Assembly (NCBI GenBank): GCA_964468955.1
Contig: CAYXXB010000001.1
Location: 1 to 58,792 of the forward strand
DNA: 58,792 bases
From: an uncultured Clostridia bacterium
GTDB lineage: Bacteria > Bacillota > Clostridia > Christensenellales > Borkfalkiaceae
Reading direction: 5' to 3'
How positions within the stretch are numbered: the stretch's first letter is position 1; the number at the start of each line of letters is the position of its first letter. Shown here piece after piece: positions 9,547-18,579 of this stretch. The position numbers were made by a program, and so were the translations under genes. The notes under the pieces were generated by a model that was not told the DNA's origin, did not search any database, and saw nothing but the letters and a program-made list of their open reading frames with translations.

Positions 9547-10295
9547 TTAACATTGCTATTTGCGGCGTTTGCGGCAAAATGGGCGCAAACCTATTGGAAC
9601 TATTAAAAGGCGATAAAAACGCAACTGCGGTTTTCGGAATCGACCCGCGCGCGGAAGAATGTACCGCCGTACCCGCCTACACTTCTTTTGACAAAGCGGA
9701 CAAACGCCCAGACGTGATAATTGACTTCTCCTCCCCTGCGGCTTTGGCGAACGAACTTGAATACGCTAAGACAAATAAAGTGCCTGTTGTACTTGCCTCC
9801 ACTGGCTATAACGAACAACAGCTCGCTGCCATTGACGAAGCGTCAAAGAGCGTTGCAATATTCCGCACGGCGAACTTCTCGCTCGGTATTAACCTTATTT
9901 GTGAACTTGTGAAAAGAGCGGCTGAAACGCTTGGGGAAAAGTTTGATATCGAGATTGTGGAAAAGCATCACAACCTTAAAGTCGACGCACCCAGCGGAAC
10001 GGCGCTTATGCTTGCCGAGAGCGCAAATTCGGCTTTCGACGGAAGCAAGTCTTACCTTAACGGCAGAGACGGTCTGATAGGCAAACGCGGTAACGAGATA
10101 GGTATTCACGCAGTACGCGGCGGCACGATTGTCGGAGAACACGACGTAATGTTCTGCGGTGAGGACGAAATTGTAACTATATCCCATTCGGCACGCAGTA
10201 AAAAAGTATTCGCGGCGGGTGCTATTAAAGCGGCTAAATGGCTGTATAATAAACCTGCAGGGTTATACAATATGAGCGACCTTTTAAAAGACTGA
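9543..10295 (+). CDS. dapB: 4-hydroxy-tetrahydrodipicolinate reductase
   Basis: ATGA start/stop overlap with dapA. 'EIVEKHHNLKVDAPSGTAL' is the DapB signature. Confidence 0.9.
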   Translation: MINIAICGVCGKMGANLLELLKGDKNATAVFGIDPRAEECTAVPAYTSFDKADKRPDVIIDFSSPAALANELEYAKTNKVPVVLASTGYNEQQLAAIDEASKSVAIFRTANFSLGINLICELVKRAAETLGEKFDIEIVEKHHNLKVDAPSGTALMLAESANSAFDGSKSYLNGRDGLIGKRGNEIGIHAVRGGTIVGEHDVMFCGEDEIVTISHSARSKKVFAAGAIKAAKWLYNKPAGLYNMSDLLKD

Positions 10296-10311
10296 AAATA
10301 ATCTGATAAAT

Positions 10312-10346
10312 TAAAAACACGGTTGTATAGCGCAACCGTGTTTTTT
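10312..10346 (+). terminator. intrinsic terminator of the asd-dapAB operon
   Basis: aaaaacacggttg/caaccgtgttttt hairpin with a T-run. Confidence 0.8.
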
Positions 10347-10353
10347 ATAAATA

Positions 10354-10387
10354 TAATCGCGGTACGGCGATTTTGCCGTACCGCGAT
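10354..10387 (-). terminator. hairpin terminator downstream of the locus' last gene
   Basis: 13-bp stem atcgcggtacggc/gccgtaccgcgat. A T-rich tail follows on the minus strand. Confidence 0.6.
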
Positions 10388-10421
10388 TTATTACCGATTA
10401 TTCGGATTTCTTTAAAATTGA

Positions 10422-11219
10422 TTAGCCGCGTCTCTTGTTTTCTTCAAAACGAACGGATTCTAAATCTTTTGCATCAGCAGGATTATAAAAACCGTCAACG
10501 TCAAATATTCTGCCGTCGTCTTCGTTCAAACCTCTTGCACCGATATGTATAGGCTTAGGTGCAGGCGCGGGAGCGGGCTGCTGTGCAACGGGCTTAGGTG
10601 CGGGAGCAGGTGCAGGCGCGGGAGCGGGTTGCTGTGCAACGGGCTTAGGTGCGGGAGCAGGTGCAGGCGCGGGAGCGGGTTGCTGTGCAACAGGCTGCTG
10701 TACGGGCTGCTGATTATTAGGCATCATAACAGGCATAATCATGGGCTGAATCATAGGCTGACCCATCATCATGGGCATCTGACCCATCATCATAGGCTGA
10801 ACCATAGGTTGACCCATCATCATGGGCATCTGACCCATCATCATAGGCTGCTGCATAGGCATCGGCATTATGGGCTGAACCATAGGCATCTGCTGAACTA
10901 CGGGCTGTACAACGGGTTGCTGTGCAACAGGCTGTTGTACGGGCTGGGGAGCTACCTTCTGAGGTGCGGGCTGCTGAGCGGGCATCTGAATAATGATAGG
11001 CTGCACGGGAGCCGCCGCGCGCGCGGGTGCTTGTACCGCAGGAGCAGGCTGTTGGATTACAGTCTGATTGGTTTTGTTGTTTTCGTTCTTCTTACTGAAA
11101 CGCACCAACAAAACGCCTATAAAAGCTATGGCAGCAACCGCAGCGATAATACCTAATACTAACAGTATCATCTGCCAAGCTTCAAAGTTTATACTTGATG
11201 ATAACAGTGAAGTAAACAT
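10422..11219 (-). CDS. single-pass membrane protein with a P/Q/M-rich low-complexity tail (locus protein A)
   Basis: RBS agaggt. N-terminal TM helix 'MILLVLGIIAAVAAIAFIGVLLV' is followed by RFSKK (positive-inside). The tail is made of QP/PMMMGQ/APAPAPKP repeats, with a short charged non-repetitive C-terminal end. Confidence 0.75.
   Translation of the reverse strand: MFTSLLSSSINFEAWQMILLVLGIIAAVAAIAFIGVLLVRFSKKNENNKTNQTVIQQPAPAVQAPARAAAPVQPIIIQMPAQQPAPQKVAPQPVQQPVAQQPVVQPVVQQMPMVQPIMPMPMQQPMMMGQMPMMMGQPMVQPMMMGQMPMMMGQPMIQPMIMPVMMPNNQQPVQQPVAQQPAPAPAPAPAPKPVAQQPAPAPAPAPAPKPVAQQPAPAPAPKPIHIGARGLNEDDGRIFDVDGFYNPADAKDLESVRFEENKRRG
10552..10692 (-). repeat. in-frame tandem DNA repeat (39 + 51 + 51 nt) encoding 'KPVAQQPAPAPAPAPAP'
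   Basis: Unit ggcttaggtgcgggagcaggtgcaggcgcgggagcgggttgctgtgcaacg recurs at 10552 (short copy), 10591 and 10642. Confidence 0.85.
10752..10853 (-). repeat. in-frame 2 x 51-nt tandem repeat encoding 'QPMMMGQMPMMMGQPMV'
   Basis: Near-identical units at 10752-10802 and 10803-10853. Confidence 0.85.
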
Positions 11220-11587
11220 AACTTTATACCTCTGCTAACTTACAATAAATCCAAGTGCCGAATTGTTCGATTTGACAATATATTTACCGAATATTACGGC
11301 ACACTACTTTTTGTGTAATATATTATCTCACTATTTTTTCAATTCGTCAATACTTTTTTTAAAAAAATTTTAAAAATTATCCAAAATTAACAAATTTTAA
11401 TGCATTTTCTGCAATATTTTTAAAATCTTAAAAAATTCTATTGTTATTTGTAACTGTTTTTTATGCTGTTCAAGCTTCGGTTACCTGCATACCCGCAATA
11501 AATTTTGTTGCGGGTATGCGGTAATCCGTTAGTTTTTTTGTGTTTCAGTCCGTTTTATTACGGAAGCTGTTCACCCTCTCCCTTTAA

Positions 11588-14500
11588 TCAGTATTGAGGA
11601 TTATTGGGGTCTTGAGGAGTGATATAAACCGTCGTCTGTCCCGGCTGAGGCAACTGTGCCTGCTGAGGAGGCATCTGAACCTGCTGGGGAGGAGGCGCCT
11701 GAATGATTATGGGTTGAATCTGCTGTGCGGGCTGAGGTGAAGGCAAAGCCTGCGGTGCGGGAGGCGCAGTTACAATAATTGCGGGTTCTTCGTGACCGCC
11801 GTTCTTATTCCTGCGTACCAACAGTATTATAATCAATTCAGCAATTACAAGCACAACCAATACTACGAACATTATTATCCAGAACAGGTTGCTTCTTTCA
11901 CGCGTTATGTTAAGGGTAATCGTTCTAACAGGAACAGGTGCTTCATTGACTGCCGCTCTTCCCATTGCACCGGAAATATTATCATAAATTTCGATTACAA
12001 CCTGATTTGCGCCGTAATTCAATTGCTCGGAACCCTTAAACTCATAGCGGTACATAGCTTTATCGATGTCTACAACTAATCCAAGATAGTCTACGTTCGA
12101 TGAAACGTTGTACGAGTAATCGTCCTTTGCAGGGTCGAAATCATCCTTGAGCGTTGCAATACCGCTTGCACTCAAACCTAACAACGAAGCGCGCTCGCGC
12201 GAGAATACGAAGATAACCGTCTTTTTCGAGTAACCGTCGCTTGAATACATCGTGATGTTGAATACGTTTGTACCGTAATCAAGTTTAACATTTGCGGATC
12301 TACCAGAAATTGTTCTAGGTACGATAGTGTTACTGTTCTGACTGTCTACACGCAAGATTTCAAAGTCGCCACCGTAGAAAAGGTCTACAATCATTTCGAC
12401 CCTATCTATTTCATGATTGTAAGTATCAACCACTTTAACGAGAGCTTCTTCGGTATCGATATCAATATCAATATAATCGGGTTCGATATCGTATTTGTTG
12501 CTCCAAGTTATTCTTGCGTCGGGGCCACTTTTTTCACCCTGTTTTTCGCGGGTGATTTCGAATATGAAGCAATCCCTGCCGTCCACGTTAGCTCCGTTTT
12601 CCGCTACCGCATAAACGATAAGCGTTGTGGTGCTGTCTTCAGGCAAATCGAGATAACCGTTAGCGCTGAGTGAAGGATTTGTTACAACCGAACTCTTTAC
12701 GCTTGCCGTGGTAACGACAACCTTTACTCTGTTCTGACTTGCAGGAACAGTAATTTTTACAGGTTCGTTGTTATATTCGGAAGGAACGTCGTCGTAATAA
12801 TCTCTCGTACCGTTGATAACGATTCTTCTGATGTCGTAATTTTCGTCAATCACGACAGGCTTTTGTGAAATAGTTACGTTGTAAGTTCTTGTTGAACCGT
12901 CTTCAGCCGTTACCGTAATGGGATAGTTCATCGTGCTGGTTGAATCGCTTAAATTGAACGTGAACTTACCTATTCCCGCAACAGTTGAAGTGGTTACGTT
13001 GGGTTCCGCCTTAATTTCTACGTTGTACGAAGGGCTTTCGTCAACAAGAATCGTGTAATCAAGACGATCGGGATCGAACGAACCTTCGTTGAACGCTACC
13101 GCTCTGTTGCCAATCATAACTACCAGCGACTTCAATGCTACGTCCGAATTAGCGCTTTCTCTGCTAATGCGGATTTCGTACTCTTCGCTTATTTCGCCCT
13201 TATCGCTCTTAGCATGGAAATAAATGCTGGTTGCGACGCCTTCAGGCAAGTCGATAGTTCTTTCGTGGTTGCGGCCGTTGCCGCCGGGAGCCTTTTCAAA
13301 CTTATTATCCAAATAGTCGAACACTTCGGTATACATACCGTCAGTAGTAACCGTCATCTTGACTGATTTTACGGTATAAGGAACGGTTATATCATAGGAA
13401 GTCTTGCCTGCTTCGAATTTGAATACGTCCTGAGTAAGATTTTTACCGTCCGCCGTAATAACCACGTTTTCTATCGTGTTCTTTTCTTCGAAGAGGTTGA
13501 TAACGAATATGTATTCCTTCTCGCCTTCGCCGCTTGAAGCCTTCAGTTTATACTCGTTTCTGCCGGCAGCCACCGTTGCCGAATAAACATTGGCTATAGA
13601 AGTATCTTTGATATTACCTACAGTAGTTACCTTTGCTCCGCTTGTAGGAATGGCTTTGATACGCACGTTCGTACCAGCAGATACTTCCGAAAGCTTGAGG
13701 TCTACCGTGTAAGTCATTTCAACTTCGTCATACCTTGACGATGAGCGAACGTCCACGTAATTGTTGCCTGTTTCTGCAAATTCAAGCGTTTCGAAATCGC
13801 CGGCAATAACTACTCTCTTAACAGTTACCGTATAGGTACCTTTTGCACCCGATTCAGCTACAACCTCTATCTTATAATCGGTTGAATGGCTGCTATTACC
13901 TACGAATGCAAACGTATTCGTTATAGTGCTTGTTCCCGTCTTGCCTCCGATTTTGGACGTATCCGACGAAGGCGTAGCCGTGAACTCGACTACCGTAGAA
14001 GTTTCGTTTTCGGGCTTCTCGATTTCAACCACGTAATCATTATTTTCAGGGTCGAAATTGATAGGCATCTCTTTGCCGCCGATTTTTACGACAAGTTCCT
14101 TCAATGTCGTAGAAGGATCGGCATTTTCTCTGGTAATGTTGAAGGTATATTCCCTACCTTTTGCAGAACCGTCACTCTTGCCTTTGCCTTCGTTTGCTAC
14201 GCCGTATATTACAACCGTAGTAGTTTCGCCGCCCTTCAAAGTTACTTTAACTTCGTAAGCGTCGCCTTTCTTGCTGGTAAGGCGAGTGCCGTCCCTGTAA
14301 ACGTAGGTGTACTTGCCTTCTGGCGTTATATCGAAAGTTACACTGCTTACAGCATTGCGTACGCTTATATCATAAGTATCCGTGAACGCGTCGAAATCGT
14401 AATCGGATTTGTCAAGCTCCGCAGTGCCGTTGCTAATAGTTACATTGCTTAAATCATCGATATCTTCGGTAAGCTTTATGTTGAAATTATATTCGGTTTT

Positions 14501-17500
14501 GCTTGTCGCCGAGCTTGATGCCGTAATTTTGAAGTTATTATCGCCGAACTTGGACAGCGTGTATGCGTAAACGTATACGTTGCCTTCGCTGTTATCGAGC
14601 GTTACGCCCGTACCCGGTGTTGCCTTGGAGTCGGCATTCGCGGTAACTCTGACATAAATCTTAGAACCTACCGCCACGTCTTCTACGTTATACGTAAAGG
14701 AATACGTCTTTGCGTTAGTTCCCGAAGCTTCGAAATCAGTCATTACAGACAAGAAAGATGAATTATCTAAAGACGTTTCTACGTCGTCGAAATCACCCTT
14801 TGCCAATTCACGCTTAATGTTGATTGTATAAGTCTGAGCTGCGCCAGCTTCGGGCGTTACCACAATCTTATACGATTCGGTCTTTGCTGTCGTTCCGAAA
14901 GTGAACGTTTTAGTGCTTGTAGCCGTGTTTACAACTTGCGTATCAGAATCAATCTTGATCTTTGCTTTTTCACTATCCGTCGTTGCGGAAATAACTATCG
15001 AAGCGGTTGCGTTACCCGTATTCTTTATCGTGTGGTTATACGTAAACGTATTATTTAAGTCTAACGCTTCGTTAAACGATATAACTTCTCCGTCGATCGT
15101 TACCTCGAGTTCTTTCAGCTTATTGTTGTCGTCGGCTGCTTCTCTGGTAATATTGAAGGTATACAAAGGACCTATCTTGCTGGGGTCCTCTTTCGTGTAC
15201 AGATCGTTATCCGCAACGGAATGAATTATCACCGTTTTGGTTTTACCTGCCTCGAGGGGTATATCAAACGTATGAGTAAAATCAGCGCCAGCAGTGTGCG
15301 TAAACTTTTTGTTCGTACCGTCGAAAACTACCGTGTATTTACCTTCCGTAGTTACGGTCATCTTTACGGTGCCGTATCCAAGATAAGGTACTGTGATATC
15401 ATACGTCGTGTTGACGCTGTTCGAATCAAACGAGAACGGAACTTCCTGCAGTTCTTCCACTGCTGTACCGTTGGGCAACGTTATTTTAACGTCTTCTATT
15501 CCGCGTTTGTCTTCAATCAGATTAACTACTATCTTGTAAACCTTCGTCTTGCTACCCGCCTTAACCGTGAGCGAGTATTCGTTTTTGCCGAATGCAAGGC
15601 TGCCGTTCCAAGGGCCCGTTGTCGTGCTTGTTCCTACAAGACTGGTTCCCTTCTGTACGCTAGCTTCCTTAGATACCGCACCTTTCAAGTAAACGTACGA
15701 ATTAACGGGAACATCGTCAGTCTTCTGCGTTATAGTGTACGTACCCGTGTTTGCATCGTAGTCGGACGAATCAAGTACAGAATAATAATTATTCGTGTCC
15801 TTGAAGGAAATCTGCAAATCCGTAAATACGGGGTCGGGTATAACGTGCTTTACGGTAACAGTGTAGCTATTGCTTGAGCCGTCTTGCGCGGTAACCTTGA
15901 TAGTATACACCGTGGTGTTTTCCGTGCCTGCCGTGAACGTGAACGATTGATTTGAAACACCGTTCGTCATAGCGGTAAAGTTGGAAATACCGCACGTCAA
16001 CGAAGAAGTCGATGCAGTAGCCGTTGCGGTAAATACTAACGCCGCGGAAGTTGCTGTATCGGGCTTTTCCAATGCAACATAATAAGTGAGATTGCCGGAG
16101 GTGAAGTTAACGTCGTTATCGTAAGCGCTATCCAAGAAGCCTACGGGAGTTCCGTCAACCGTTAACGACAAAGAACTTAACGTTGCGTTACTGTTGGCTA
16201 CTTCCCTTTGAATATTGAACGTATAGGGCGAGCCGACGTCACCCGAAGTGCCGTCCGCCTGTGCATGAATAACAACTGTCGTTGTCGAACCTGCCGTAAG
16301 CGCCACGTTTGTGAGCGTATGCGTCGTTGTGCCTGCCGTATGCGCGAACGTCGTGCTGGGTTCACGCACAACTGACGTGTAGGTACCGTCTGTCGTTACG
16401 GTGAACGTGACGTTATCGTAACCCTGATAAGGAACGGTTATATTGTAAACATACTGTCCTGGGCTGAACGTAAAGCCGCCGACGTTATCCGAACCCTTGG
16501 CTATGGTAACGTTCGTGATCGTATTCTTACCTTCGGCAAGCGTAACGACAAACTTATAAGTGGTCGAGCCTACGCCCGGAGTGTTTGCCGTAAGGCTGAA
16601 TTCATTCTTACCCTGACTTATCGCCTTTGACCAACCTCCAGTTATAGTTGTCAAACCGCCCGTAACAGAAATCGTAGCGCCTTCGGAAGCAGTACCTTTA
16701 AGATAGAAAGTGTTTCCTGTTGCACCGTAAATCGAGGGGTCGTACGTAAGATTGTATGTATAGGTGTTGGTGTCCGCATCGTAAGACATATCCGTAATTG
16801 TGGAAACGTCCTGATGATTGGAGTTTGTTTTGAAAGCGTACTTAAGATCTTTGACAGTACCAGCTTGCAAATCTTTTGCAACCACGACACTATATGTCTT
16901 TGTGTTGCCGGCTTGAGCCGTAACTACAAACGTGTAAGTCTTAGCGGAACGCATCGTAGATGCGGAGAAATCCGCTCCGTCAACCTTTGCCGAAGCATTA
17001 GCAGAACCAAGGGTAAGATTGAACGTACCCTGGAAGCCCGAATCTTCACTAAGCAGGAAATAATATCCGCCCGACGGTGCTTTAGTTGAGTCGTTAGTTA
17101 CAGTCTTGTTCGTCGTCTTTTCCGTCATAGTCAATGATGAAATAGACGTATCGGTATCCAAAACGTTGAACGTGATTTTATATTTTTGGGTATTACCGCT
17201 CTTTGCCGTTGCGGTGAATTCAAGCGTCGCATTGTTTGTAATGCTTGAAACGGAAATCGAACCTCCGCTTGTAACTTTATTAGCCGCAGTACAACCGGTA
17301 GCAGCAACGCTTATATCTGTGCCGATACCGTAGTTGTCAGCAACTGCAGCACCTACGTCCACCGAGGTATAATCGCTGGGAACTTTTACGGTATATTCAA
17401 ACGTATTCTGATTGAAGTTTGCCGCCGTCAAGCCCATACCGGTATATGTGGGCGCTGTTGTCACCGTTAACGTTTTTAATCGTGCGTAACCGCTGACAAT

Positions 17501-18526
17501 TTTAAGAGTATAGTTCTGAGTTGCAGCTCCTCCCGCCGCCGTTACAAGGAATTTTACTATCGTTTCGCCGGAAGAATCAAGCGTAGGTATCGAAATAGTA
17601 CCGTTGTTTGCAATATTCGTGGTAGCAGACGACGAAGCGCCTACGCCGTATTTTATTGTAGAAGTTGCATCAGATACGGTAGGTATGACCTTGAAGTTTG
17701 TTCTATTATCGTTACCTGTGCCGTCGTCATTGTATACCATCTCGATATTGGTGCCTGCGGTGGAAGGGATTGTCACCGCAGTAGAAGCCGTAACGTGACC
17801 TACTTTGATATTCGATAAAGATGCGTTGGCAGCACCGACCATAATGCTTGCCAAGTTTATAGTCATACAGTCGCCTACGCCGGATTGCTTCTTATTATTG
17901 ACTCTGGTTTCTTGGTTAGCCGTATGCTTTGTGCTGGTAGAACCGTCCACAATAGTAACATAATTACCAACTATAGGAGCTATACCGAACTTTAAGTTGC
18001 CTAATTTTTCAGGCGCATCGCTTTTATACTTTATTTTTAATTTAAAAGTAAAATTTGTGCTTGTAGAAACAAGTGTTGCGCCTAACTGAGGACCGAAACC
18101 TATATACGCCGCACCGGCTGATTGAGAAAAGTCGTCTCTGACTATAAAACTATAACTATCTTCGGTAAAATCGGAGCCGAACTCATAGTCATATGTCCAT
18201 TCATCAGCCATACAGAATTCAAAGTACTGATTAACAGCGGCGTCACCCGTCAGTTTTTCACCGCTTTCCGACAAAGGCGCAATATTAAAACCAAACGCAG
18301 ACCAAGTACCCGAAAGAGTAGTTGTGACCGTACCGCTAATGGTAATTGTATCACCCGGTTCAATAGAAGTCTTATCCGCAGTTATTGTAACTACTGTCGG
18401 TGTGCTAGCTGCATCTGCCGTTATTGTATTTTTGCCGTTGAGAAAACTATTCCCGAAAACGCATAAAACTATTGCCCCTAAAGCGAGCAATAGTGATAAT
18501 GCAATTTTTTTAATAGATCTTTTCAT
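11588..18526 (-). CDS. 2,312-aa type-I membrane-anchored surface protein (locus protein B)
   Basis: Signal peptide MKRSIKKIALSLLLALGAIVL. The paralogous N-terminal domain is shared with proteins C and D. Repeated 'L(K/S)xLxVxIxG...Y(T/E)FNItRE' units resemble the cadherin-like beta-sandwich family. C-terminal TM 'LFWIIMFVVLVVLVIAELIIILLV' + RRNK is followed by a 75-aa P/Q tail. Confidence 0.8.
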   Translation of the reverse strand: MKRSIKKIALSLLLALGAIVLCVFGNSFLNGKNTITADAASTPTVVTITADKTSIEPGDTITISGTVTTTLSGTWSAFGFNIAPLSESGEKLTGDAAVNQYFEFCMADEWTYDYEFGSDFTEDSYSFIVRDDFSQSAGAAYIGFGPQLGATLVSTSTNFTFKLKIKYKSDAPEKLGNLKFGIAPIVGNYVTIVDGSTSTKHTANQETRVNNKKQSGVGDCMTINLASIMVGAANASLSNIKVGHVTASTAVTIPSTAGTNIEMVYNDDGTGNDNRTNFKVIPTVSDATSTIKYGVGASSSATTNIANNGTISIPTLDSSGETIVKFLVTAAGGAATQNYTLKIVSGYARLKTLTVTTAPTYTGMGLTAANFNQNTFEYTVKVPSDYTSVDVGAAVADNYGIGTDISVAATGCTAANKVTSGGSISVSSITNNATLEFTATAKSGNTQKYKITFNVLDTDTSISSLTMTEKTTNKTVTNDSTKAPSGGYYFLLSEDSGFQGTFNLTLGSANASAKVDGADFSASTMRSAKTYTFVVTAQAGNTKTYSVVVAKDLQAGTVKDLKYAFKTNSNHQDVSTITDMSYDADTNTYTYNLTYDPSIYGATGNTFYLKGTASEGATISVTGGLTTITGGWSKAISQGKNEFSLTANTPGVGSTTYKFVVTLAEGKNTITNVTIAKGSDNVGGFTFSPGQYVYNITVPYQGYDNVTFTVTTDGTYTSVVREPSTTFAHTAGTTTHTLTNVALTAGSTTTVVIHAQADGTSGDVGSPYTFNIQREVANSNATLSSLSLTVDGTPVGFLDSAYDNDVNFTSGNLTYYVALEKPDTATSAALVFTATATASTSSLTCGISNFTAMTNGVSNQSFTFTAGTENTTVYTIKVTAQDGSSNSYTVTVKHVIPDPVFTDLQISFKDTNNYYSVLDSSDYDANTGTYTITQKTDDVPVNSYVYLKGAVSKEASVQKGTSLVGTSTTTGPWNGSLAFGKNEYSLTVKAGSKTKVYKIVVNLIEDKRGIEDVKITLPNGTAVEELQEVPFSFDSNSVNTTYDITVPYLGYGTVKMTVTTEGKYTVVFDGTNKKFTHTAGADFTHTFDIPLEAGKTKTVIIHSVADNDLYTKEDPSKIGPLYTFNITREAADDNNKLKELEVTIDGEVISFNEALDLNNTFTYNHTIKNTGNATASIVISATTDSEKAKIKIDSDTQVVNTATSTKTFTFGTTAKTESYKIVVTPEAGAAQTYTINIKRELAKGDFDDVETSLDNSSFLSVMTDFEASGTNAKTYSFTYNVEDVAVGSKIYVRVTANADSKATPGTGVTLDNSEGNVYVYAYTLSKFGDNNFKITASSSATSKTEYNFNIKLTEDIDDLSNVTISNGTAELDKSDYDFDAFTDTYDISVRNAVSSVTFDITPEGKYTYVYRDGTRLTSKKGDAYEVKVTLKGGETTTVVIYGVANEGKGKSDGSAKGREYTFNITRENADPSTTLKELVVKIGGKEMPINFDPENNDYVVEIEKPENETSTVVEFTATPSSDTSKIGGKTGTSTITNTFAFVGNSSHSTDYKIEVVAESGAKGTYTVTVKRVVIAGDFETLEFAETGNNYVDVRSSSRYDEVEMTYTVDLKLSEVSAGTNVRIKAIPTSGAKVTTVGNIKDTSIANVYSATVAAGRNEYKLKASSGEGEKEYIFVINLFEEKNTIENVVITADGKNLTQDVFKFEAGKTSYDITVPYTVKSVKMTVTTDGMYTEVFDYLDNKFEKAPGGNGRNHERTIDLPEGVATSIYFHAKSDKGEISEEYEIRISRESANSDVALKSLVVMIGNRAVAFNEGSFDPDRLDYTILVDESPSYNVEIKAEPNVTTSTVAGIGKFTFNLSDSTSTMNYPITVTAEDGSTRTYNVTISQKPVVIDENYDIRRIVINGTRDYYDDVPSEYNNEPVKITVPASQNRVKVVVTTASVKSSVVTNPSLSANGYLDLPEDSTTTLIVYAVAENGANVDGRDCFIFEITREKQGEKSGPDARITWSNKYDIEPDYIDIDIDTEEALVKVVDTYNHEIDRVEMIVDLFYGGDFEILRVDSQNSNTIVPRTISGRSANVKLDYGTNVFNITMYSSDGYSKKTVIFVFSRERASLLGLSASGIATLKDDFDPAKDDYSYNVSSNVDYLGLVVDIDKAMYRYEFKGSEQLNYGANQVVIEIYDNISGAMGRAAVNEAPVPVRTITLNITRERSNLFWIIMFVVLVVLVIAELIIILLVRRNKNGGHEEPAIIVTAPPAPQALPSPQPAQQIQPIIIQAPPPQQVQMPPQQAQLPQPGQTTVYITPQDPNNPQY
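11895..16860 (-). repeat. array of about 330-aa three-domain supermodules (4 full copies plus a divergent C-terminal part) in protein B
   Basis: Recurring order: an 'F.DL...YD..T.TYT..' domain, then a 'T(I/L)xNV...YDITVPY...V.MTVTT.G.YT.V' domain, then a 'YTFNITRE..A....LK.L.V.I.G' domain. Copies are diverged at the DNA level. Confidence 0.7.
17822..18409 (-). other. cohesin-like N-terminal domain of protein B (approximate bounds)
   Basis: 'VVTITADKTSIEPGDTITISG...WSAFGF...NYFEF...FTFKLKIKYKSDAPEKLGNLKFGIAPI...VNNKKQSGVGDCMTIN' aligns by eye with the equivalent regions of proteins C and D. Confidence 0.45.
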
Positions 18527-18579
18527 ACTGTTTACCTTATATATAATAACGGAATTTGGATTTCCGATATTTTACAAAA

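Noticed and set aside
10545-11156. 203-aa plus-strand ORF opposite protein A
   Set aside because: It is a Cys/Arg/Gly/His repeat mirror image of the P/Q/M repeats with no RBS. The minus-strand frame has an RBS, a TM helix and a non-repetitive C-terminal end.
11484-11521. Hairpin gcatacccgcaa/ttgcgggtatgc downstream of gene B as an intrinsic terminator
   Set aside because: The stem is good, but no U-run follows directly on the minus strand. It may only attenuate or stabilise the transcript, so it is not listed as a terminator. It remains open whether gene A is co-transcribed with B or uses its own weak TTACAC-16-TAATAT promoter at 11301-11328.
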